Below, in pieces: positions 1 to 7,249 of a stretch of DNA of 12,530 bases. Location of the stretch: contig NW_021826353.1 of the NCBI RefSeq assembly GCF_006345805.1, positions 1 through 12,530 of the forward strand. Direction: 5' to 3'. Both the position numbers and the translations under genes were made by a program. Origin of the DNA: Octopus sinensis (Eukaryota). The notes under the pieces were generated by a model that searched no databases, was not told where the DNA came from, and saw only the letters and a list, made by a program, of their open reading frames with translations. Position 1 is the first letter of the stretch. Each line of letters begins with the position of its first letter.

Positions 1-54
1 ATTAATTTCTACTCTGGTCCTTCGTTGTTCTCATTATTTTATATATATTTGTCG

Positions 55-210
55 TTTACTTATTTTACTTGTACGACTGCAGGCACCATCTTGACGTGTT
101 TAGTCGAACCAATCGACTTTTAAAAATCTAGTTCTTACTTTATCGATTGATCGTTTGCTGAAACGCTTAGTTACGGGGGCATAAACGAATCGACGCCGGT
201 TGTTAAGCGG
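55..210 (-). mobile_element. Old, diverged 3' fragment of SINE family A
   Basis: Aligns by eye with many mismatches to the 3' half of the intact copies at 3181, 4341 and 11967 (TTTTACTTGT...TTTAGTCGA...ATCGAC...GCT(T/A)AGT(T/G)ACGGGG...TAAAC...CGGTTGT(T/C)AAGC). Confidence 0.7.
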
Positions 211-403
211 TGGTGGTGCTGGCAGAATCGTTATCATGCTGGACAAAATGCTTAGGGGTATTTCGTCCGTCTTTACGTTCTGAGTTCAAATTCTGCTGAG
301 GTCGACTTTGTCTTTTATCTTTTCGGACTTATAGTAGCAGTTGGACACTGGAGTCGATGCAATCAACTTACCCTCTCCTCAAAATTGCCGGATTTGTGCC
401 AAA
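209..403 (+). mobile_element. tRNA-derived SINE, family B, diverged copy
   Basis: A-box-like TGGCAGAATCG (220-230) and B-box-like GAGTTCAAATTC (282-293). The body is similar to the reverse complement of 9935-10164 but the 3' end differs. Followed by an (ATT)n tract. Confidence 0.75.
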
Positions 404-437
<34 letters not shown>

Positions 438-458
438 TATATTATTATTATTATTATT
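404..458. repeat. (ATT)n microsatellite / retroelement tail
   Basis: Direct reading of the sequence. Confidence 0.97.
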
Positions 459-700
459 TTGAGTGAGGAGAGCAGTGCATGCCATCAAAGTGACACTGGG
501 ATAAAATATACGAAGCCCAATATACCCATCAGGGACTACCCGTCTGATAAAGGTACACCAGGCACAGGCATCACAACCCTATGTGCGCGACATGGTGATT
601 CATATCAAGATAAACAGCACATGACCTTGCAGGTGGGGCCCAGTTAGAATTTTCTTCAGGTTGAGTAGACCATCCCGCTCAACACGGTCCCTGAATAGTG

Positions 701-701
<1 letters not shown>
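459..701 (-). mobile_element. Non-coding 3' end (UTR-like) of a LINE, family uncertain, embedded in (ATT)n
   Basis: Flanked on both sides by (ATT)n, and the minus strand ends ...CTCCTCACTCA followed by (AAT)n like a retroposon tail. No convincing protein. The assignment rests on position and recalled similarity to octopus repeats. Confidence 0.5.
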
Positions 702-763
<62 letters not shown>

Positions 764-843
764 TTATATTATTATATTATATTATTATTATTATTATTAT
801 TATTTTATTATTATATATTATTAATCTATTATTATTATTATTA
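702..843. repeat. Interrupted (ATT)n microsatellite; (TAA)n tail or target of the adjacent R4/Dong-type LINE
   Basis: Direct reading. It begins right after the LINE's ~70-bp 3' UTR (844-912) on the minus strand. Confidence 0.95.
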
Positions 844-912
844 CAATAAGATATGGTCCGTGTCTTCTGCTGAACCGGGGTCATCCCTTGACCCTAGGGT
901 CACAGCAGGTCC

Positions 913-1340
913 TCATCTCATGGAGAGTTCACGGCGTAAAATGTGTGCGGAATCTAGCAACACTATTTTCTGAAGTTCTCCCACGTTAACACTGCAAGGG
1001 AGTTTGTTGAGCTGCTTATCAATGCCCTTTTTAATTAGCCCCAACACTCCAATCACCACTGGTGCTGTGCTACTTTTCATTCCCCACATCCTGGTCACTA
1101 ATATTTCTAGGTCTTAAATAACTTCTCAACTCTCTGATGGTACTGTCACATCTATCATTAAGCATTTCTTATTCTTCAAATCTTTGATGATTATGTCCAG
1201 CCTGTTTGCCTTGATTTCTTTATCGGTGTTGATTGGCATGTACCATAGTACTGTTGCATCATCCTTTCCGGTCACAGTTTCAGGTTTATGGTGGTACCAT
1301 CTTTCTGTAGTTGGAAACTGGTAGTGTTTACATATCTAAT
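913..1340 (-). pseudogene. Restriction-like endonuclease (PD-(D/E)xK) domain remnant of the R4/Dong LINE
   Basis: ICKHY..ERWYHHKPETV...VLWYMPINTDKEIKANRLDIIIKD...CLMIDVTVPSE, then a frameshift to DLEILVTRMWG. The canonical RPD reads RLD here. The upstream CCHC region appears deleted (GGRGLTQL joins directly to ICKHY near 1340). Confidence 0.8.
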
Positions 1341-1720
1341 TGAGTTAGTCCTCTTCCTCCCATGCTTCTCAGTAAATAAATCCTGTTCACGTCCGCTTTT
1401 GGGTGGTTCTGGTTTTGGAGTCTAAACTTCTTTATTTCGCTCATTTGCCAGTTGATTATGTTGAAACTGTAAGCTACGATTGGTACTGCAATAGCAGCGT
1501 TGAGTTCAGTCTTTGTTATTAACCGTACTCTCTTGTAGTATTATTTTCTAATCTTCTCTTTCATTGCTGAATGTTTTATGTCGTTACTTTTCGTCTATGC
1601 CAAGGTATATCAACTGGCTGTTTGATCCATAAGTTTGGTACTCGATCTATTCCCGCTAACTTCCAATTGCTGGCCTTTTTCAGGGCCAGGGTGACCTCCT
1701 CTTTTTGAATATCTTCACAT

Positions 1721-1920
1721 TCCTGTACTTCTTTATTTTCCAGGAGTGTTTCTTGTTCCTTAATTCATTCTGCATCTTCATAATGTTGCTTTTCATTTTC
1801 CCATATCGTACTCCAGAAATTCCTGTACTTCTTTATTTTCCAGGAGTGTTTCTTGTTCCTTAATCCATTCTGCATCTTCATTATGTTGTTTTTCATTTTC
1901 CCATATCGTACTCCAGAAAT
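1721..1920. repeat. Two-copy tandem duplication, period 100 bp
   Basis: 1721-1820 and 1821-1920 align without gaps with 3 mismatches. Confidence 0.97.
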
Positions 1921-2400
1921 TTTCCATATCCTCTTCCTGGTCCAGTGCTCGGATTCTTGCTTCTGTATCTACGTGAATATCCGAAGAACATGCCAGTTTG
2001 CTTCCTAATGAAAGTGGCTTTCGCGCATTTCTCCAATCCAAACTGCATCCTGATATCATCACTGAACTTTTTAACCGTAGCAAGTAGACCTTCTTGCTGT
2101 TCGTCATTTTTTAAAGTACATTTTTAGGTCATCCATGTAGAACAGATGACTCCCTTTTTTCTTCTCGATCTCATATCCATACCCGGTTTTGTTCAGCATG
2201 GTACTTAATGGTGCCAGTGCCAAGCAGAATATTAAGGGTAACAGCGAGTCCCCTGGGAAGATACCACTTTTGATTTTGATTGGCCTGCTTGTTATTGATC
2301 CACTGGAATGGTTCAGCGTCAACGTAGTTTCCCATGTATTCATGCTGTTTCATAAACTTGATGAGAGTTGGGAATTCTTTGTATACTTCCATCACTTTCA

Positions 2401-2955
2401 TACATGCATATCATCATCTGGAAAAGATTTTCTAACTAGAAAGGGTATGGCCTGGTCAGCCTGTAATGACATGCATAAGATCTGGTCATCAAATCTAAGT
2501 AGAGACTTCAAACTTGAAATCTTCAAAGCCACAGTCGAACCAATTCTACTATATGGCTCAGAAACCTGGACGTTATCAAAGAAGCTTGAGAGGCGGTTGG
2601 ATGGAACCTACACTCGCCTCCATATGAGAGCTCAAAATCTCTCGTGGAAGCCTCATCCAACCAAAATGCAAATATATGGGAAACTACCACCTGTGTCATC
2701 TCCTGTGAAAGGTAGAAGAGTCCAGTTTGCTGGACATTGTTGTAGAACTGAAAACGAGGCAATTTCTACTCTTCTCCTCTGGAAGCCATCTACTCGCAAT
2801 ACCAGAGGGTGCACACTCTCCTACCCTGATGTAATCTCCAGGGATACAGGCATCCAGCAACAGGACCTCTGTGATGCTATGATGGACCGTGAAGTCTGGC
2901 GTAGCATGGTATATTCCATTGTCTCGACCACGGTCGAACAATGATGATGATGATG
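2401..2955 (+). mobile_element. 5'-truncated RTE-clade LINE 3' fragment with (TGA)n tail and 10-bp TSD
   Basis: Open frame ISSSGKDFLTRKGMAW...KIWSSNL...FKATVEPILLYGSETWTL...RRVQFAGHC...DREVWRSMV, typical of RTE ORF2 C-termini. (TGA)n tail at 2942-2956. ATCACTTTCA occurs at 2391-2400 and 2956-2965. Removing the insert restores SWILKVMEVYK in the host LINE. Confidence 0.93.
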
Positions 2956-3180
2956 ATCACTTTCAGAATCCATGAGTGATGTACACTATCAAACGCCTTT
3001 TTATAGTCGATCCATGATGTGCTCAGGTTCGTTTTCCAGGTTTTGCAGTCTTCAAGGAGCATTTTGTTTATCAGCAATTGGTCCCTGCATCCGTAGCTCC
3101 TTCTTCGACAACCTTTTTGTTCTGGTGGTAGTAGGTTGTTTTCTTTTAGGAATGTGTATGTTCTTTCAGTGATTACAGAT

Positions 3181-3585
3181 ACTCTTTACTCTTTTACTTG
3201 TTTCAGTCATTTGACTGCGGCCATGCTGGAGCACCGCCTTTAATCGAGCAACTCGACCCCGGAACTTATTCTTTTGTAAACCCAGTACTTATTCTATCGG
3301 TCAATTTTGCCGAACCGCTAAGTGACAGGGTCATAAACACACCAGCATCGGTTGTCAAGCAATGCTAGGGGGACAAACACAGACACACAAACACACACAC
3401 ATACATATAAATATACATATATACGACGGGCTTCTTTCAGTTTCCGTCTACCAAATCCACTCACAAAACTTTGGTCGACCCGAGGCTATAGTAGAAGACA
3501 CTTGCCCAAGGTGCCATGTAGTGGGACTGAACCCGGAACCATGTGGTTGGTAAACAAGCTACTTACCACAGCCACTCCTGCGCCT
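3181..3585 (-). mobile_element. tRNA-derived SINE family A, full length, with internal (TA)/(TG) microsatellite
   Basis: Minus strand: tRNA-like head AGGCGCAGGAGTGGCTGTGG...GGTTCCGGGTTCAGTCCC, CORE-like ACCTTGGGCAAGTG, and 3' tail ...CAGTCAAATGACTGAAACAAG followed by short AAAAGAGT-type repeats. Very similar to 4341-4782 and 11967-12410. Confidence 0.92.
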
Positions 3586-3737
3586 ATGTTAATATTTTAT
3601 ACATTGTTGGTAGACAGGTGATTGGTCAAAAGTTCTTTGGGTTTTCTGTGTCATTTGTTTCTGTTATTAGGTATATCACTCCCTGTGTCAACCATTCTGT
3701 GCTATTTTCTTGGTTTTTCATGATTTCGTTCTATGCT

Positions 3738-4140
3738 GGAGGCGCAATGGCCTAGTGGTTAGGGCAGCGGACTCGCGGTCATAGGATCGCGGTTTCGATT
3801 CCCAGACCGGGCGTTGTGAGTGTTTATTGAGCGAAAACACCTAAAAAGGCTCCACGAGGCTCCGGCAGGGGATGGTGGTGATTCCTGCTGTACTCTTTCA
3901 CCACAACTTCCTCTGCTTCTTACTTCCTGTTTCTGTATTTCTGTATTCTGTACCTGTATTTCAAGGGGCCGGCCTTGTCACTCTCTGTGTCACGCTGAAT
4001 ATCCCCGAGAACTACGTTAAGGGTACACGTGTCTGTGGAGTGCTCAGCCACTTACACGTTAATTTCACGAGCAGGCTGTTCCGTTGATTCGGATCAACCG
4101 GAACCCTCATCGTCGTAACCGACGGAGTGCTTCCAACCAA
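3738..4140 (+). mobile_element. tRNA-derived SINE, family C
   Basis: A box TGGCCTAGTGG (3748-3758), B-box-like GGTTTCGATTCCC (3791-3803), pyrimidine-rich middle and short CCAA-type tail. It interrupts the host LINE frame KQSVDIQDDMSS|A*NEI. Confidence 0.85.
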
Positions 4141-4340
4141 CTGATGACATATCATCCTGTATATCAACTGACTGTTTGATCCATAAGTTTGGTACTCGAT
4201 CTATTCTCGCTGACTTCCAATTGCTGGCCTTTTTCAGGGCCAGGGTGACCTCCTCTTTTTGAATATCTTCCAATTCCTGTACTTCTTTATTTTCCAGGAG
4301 TGTTTCTTGTCCCTTAATCCATTCTGCATCTTCATTATGT

Positions 4341-4549
4341 TACTCTTTACTCTTTTACTCTTTTACTTGTTTCAGTCATTTGACTGCGGCCATGTTGGAG
4401 CACCGCCTTTAGTCGAGCAAATCGACCCCGGGACTTATTCTTTGTAAGCCCAGTACTTATCCTATCGGTCTCTTTTGCCGAACCGCTAAGTGACGGGGAC
4501 ATAAACACACCAGCATCGGTTGTCAAGCAATGCTAAGGGGACAAACACA

Positions 4550-4620
<71 letters not shown>

Positions 4621-4782
4621 GACAGGCTTCTTTCAGTTTCCGTCTACCAAATCCACTCACAAGGCATTGGTCGGCCCGGGGCTATAGCAGAAGACACTTG
4701 CCCAAGATGCCACGCAGTGGGACTGAACCCGGAACCATGTGGTTGGTTAGCAAGCTACTTACCACACAGCCACTCCTGCGCC
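4341..4782 (-). mobile_element. tRNA-derived SINE family A, full length, probable 5-bp TSD
   Basis: Same structure as 3181-3585 with longer (CA)n(TA)n. TATGT at 4336-4340 and 4783-4787. The flanks rejoin to match the uninterrupted sequence at ~1860-1935. Confidence 0.93.
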
Positions 4783-5184
4783 TATGTCGTTTTCCATTTT
4801 CCCATATCGTACTCCAGAAATTTTCCATATCCTCTTTCTTTGGCGATTGCTCAACATTTATTTGTTGTTAACCGAGTTCCCTGTAAAAATTTCTTTTCCT
4901 CTTCTTTAAATAATTCGTTTTGTCTAAATTGTTTGCTTCTCTTTATATATCGTGACAGTCATTGTGCCTTTGCTTGGATTTTTTGCTTTAGATTTTCTTT
5001 TGCTTCAGGTATTTCATTTTTTTTTGTTTGATCCTACGCTTTTTGCATATTTTCTTGGCTTTTCTTTGGTTGACCTGGTTTCCCTTACTTATTTCGGTCA
5101 GTATTGATAGGCCGCCTCTCATGCATTGTATATCCTTTTCTAAGTTTTCTTTCCATTTTGATTGGTCGTCGCTCCTTTCTGCCA

Positions 5185-5432
5185 ACGCTTAGCTCCCCGT
5201 TTGCCGGTGCAAGATCGACTCTACACGGCTGGCGCGTCCTCGAATCTCTGCCGCCACACCGCTCGCCTTTCAGACGCAGCGTTCGCTCACCGCTTGACGC
5301 CCGCGTTTGCCCGCTTTAGCCCGCCTTCGCCCGCCTCTTGACGCCCGCCTCTTGACGCCCGCCTCTTGACGCCCGCCTCTTGACGCCCGCCTTTCAACGC
5401 TCGTAGGTTCGTCCTCTCGCAATCGAACTCCC
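5185..5432. other. GC/CpG-rich block with tandem GCCCGC-core repeats, origin unknown
   Basis: Three 10-bp units (5299-5328), four perfect GCCCGCCTCTTGAC 14-mers (5329-5384) and one degenerate unit. Composition contrasts sharply with the AT-rich flanks. Confidence 0.8.
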
Positions 5433-5504
5433 TTTTTTTTATTATTATTGTTATTATTTTATCTAGTTTCAGCTCCCGAGCTGTGGCCATGCTGGGGCAC
5501 CGCC
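5433..5504 (-). mobile_element. Isolated retroposon 3' tail (LINE- or SINE-derived) with A/(TAA)-rich end
   Basis: Minus strand GGCGGTGCCCCAGCATGGCCACAGCTCGGGAGCTGAAACTAGAT plus AAAATAATAAC..., homologous to the family A SINE 3' end. Confidence 0.8.
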
Positions 5505-5829
5505 ATGTTGAGCAGTTTTCTTTTTTAGTTTTGTGCCTTTTGCTTCAGTAATAGCTGCAGCTGTAGCTGAGATCTGTTGACTTTTTCTTTTATATCTTCC
5601 AGCTCAGTGTCTGTGAGTCTCCTGTTTTAATGATATCTCTTCGGACATTCCATATTTAAGCTTGAAGTTGGATTTTGTTGTCTCCATAATTGATAAGTCC
5701 TTTTTGTCGTGTTATCTTCTGATGGTGTGACTACACCGTGTAGTATGCTTCCGTTACTAGTTTATACTCTTCCCGATTCCATTTAAGTTCTAGAGTGTTT
5801 TCGTGTAGTATGGCTTGCGTCGGTGGCAC

Positions 5830-6051
5830 ATACAAAAAGGGACAACATCCAAATAAATGATACAAAGAAAACAAGGATGGGTCATTCGAAGTTTTCTTTC
5901 CTCAGACAAGTACCAGATTATCCTCGCAATTTCGGCTGATATTCTTGAGATTGCTCCAATCTGGCCAGCCCCAAGGAAAAACTAAGCTTAAAGCATTAGA
6001 TTCCTTGGAAGAAAGCAGTGAATGTATACAAAAACAAGGACATATATTGTA

Positions 6052-6054
<3 letters not shown>
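5830..6054 (-). mobile_element. Interspersed repeat fragment, possibly a Penelope-like terminal repeat
   Basis: Not part of the R4/Dong frame. Recalled as a recurrent octopus repeat, and it contains a CTGAGGA motif. Family assignment is weak. Confidence 0.3.
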
Positions 6055-6146
<92 letters not shown>

Positions 6147-6183
6147 ATATGTATGTATATATATATATATATGTATATATATA
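6055..6183. repeat. (TA)n microsatellite
   Basis: Direct reading. Confidence 0.98.
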
Positions 6184-6472
6184 ATAACTGGATGTTAAGA
6201 ACAAATAATAACAAAATCGAATTTAACGTGGAAAATTATTTGATATACAAAATTTGAAACTTTTGACGTATTTTAAAATCTCCCATGTGACATGGTAGAT
6301 GATGTACTACCGATAGTGTTTCTGTTTGTGGTGATGGTGCTAGTTGCTCTCGTGGTGGTATGGCAGCGGCGGCTGTAGTAATGTTGAGGTGGCTAGGGTA
6401 ACGATAGCGGTAGAAGTGGTTGTGATGGTGGTAGTGGTAGTGGTGGTTGTGATGTGGTATAGTTGTAGAGCT

Positions 6473-6760
6473 GGTTATAGCGGTGATAATTGTGGTAGCA
6501 GTGGTGGTAGTAGTAAAGGTGGTCATAGCGGTGATAATTGTGGTAACAGTGGTGGTAGTAGTAAAGGTGGTTATAGCGGTGATAATTGTGGTAGCAGTGG
6601 TGGTAGTAGTAAAGGTGGTCATAGCGGTGATAATTGTGGTAGCAGTGGTGGTAGTAGTAAAGGTGGTTATAGCGGTGATAATTGTGGTAGCAGTGGTGGT
6701 AGTAGTAAAGGTGGTTATAGCGGTGATAATTGTGGTAGCGGTGGTGGTAGTAGTAAAGGT
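6473..6760. repeat. 48-bp minisatellite, 6 copies
   Basis: Unit GGT(T/C)ATAGCGGTGATAATTGTGGTAGCAGTGGTGGTAGTAGTAAAGGT starts at 6473, 6521, 6569, 6617, 6665 and 6713. Confidence 0.97.
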
Positions 6761-7249
6761 GGTTGTAATGGCAGAGGTGGTAGTGGCGGCGGCTGTTGAA
6801 GTAGCGGTAGTGGTGTTGGTGGCGGTGGTGATGGCGGTGGTGATGGTAGTAGTGGTTTTGGTAGTGATGGTTGTAATGGCGGTGGTGGCAGCGGTGGATG
6901 TAGCGGTGGTTGTTGGAGCAGTAAAGCAGGTTGTGTTGACGTTGGCGATGGTAGAGGTGGTGATGGCGGTATAGTGGTAGTGGTGTCGGCGATGGTGGTG
7001 GTAGTAGGGTTGGTGGTTGTGATGGATGTGGTGGCGGCGGTAGCGATAACAGTATAGGAGGTTTTAATAGCGATGATGGCGTTGATAGTGTACACAGCGG
7101 CGGTAGAGGTAGTAGTGCTGGTGGTAACGGTAGAAGTAGGTTGTGGTGGTGTTGGCGTTGATGGTGGTGGTAGCATTGTTGCTGTTTATGTTGTTGCTCG
7201 GGGTAGTGATAACGGTGGTGGTAGTGGTGATGGTGATAGTACTGATAGT

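Larger units (their letters stand above)
844..5830 (-). mobile_element. Decayed R4/Dong-clade non-LTR retrotransposon (RT plus restriction-like endonuclease), interrupted by nested insertions
   Basis: Manual minus-strand translation gives collinear motifs with stops and frameshifts: LKWNREEYKLVTEAYY (~5790-5740); WKENLEKDI and FYRELG..EQSPKKEDMENFWSTIWE (5170-4790); EEVTLALKKASNWK...RVPNLWIKQ (~4260-4170); EWLTQG...PKNF*PITCLPTMYKILT (3735-3587); EQKGCRRRSYGCRDQLLINKM...WIDYKKAFDSVHHSWI (3130-2965); GIFPGDSLLPL and HLFYMDDLK (YMDD at 2128-2139); FGLEKCAKA; YLGIDE; HPKADVNRIYL...GGRGL; ANRLDIIIKD...IDVTVP; DLEILVTRMWG...IVLLDSAHILRRELSMR* (stop 913-915). Confidence 0.9.

Noticed and set aside
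357-973. ORFs with poly-L/I/Y runs resembling signal or transmembrane segments
   Set aside because: They are translations of (ATT)n tracts joined to TE fragments.
2189-2944. 251-aa ORF as a single gene
   Set aside because: Chimeric: the first ~70 codons are the antisense of the R4/Dong RT, and only 2401-2944 is real RTE coding sequence.
3738-3812. Possible tRNA gene
   Set aside because: It has A and B boxes but I could not form a proper acceptor stem or cloverleaf, and it continues into a SINE body.
4141-4200. CTGATGA hammerhead box
   Set aside because: No stem II or GAAA follows; it is antisense R4/Dong coding sequence (DDMSS).
5902-6257. IY/YI-repeat ORFs, and an [12 protein letters not shown] segment faintly like a Penelope RT motif
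   Set aside because: The ORFs are (TA)n translations; the motif similarity is too short and is followed at once by stops.
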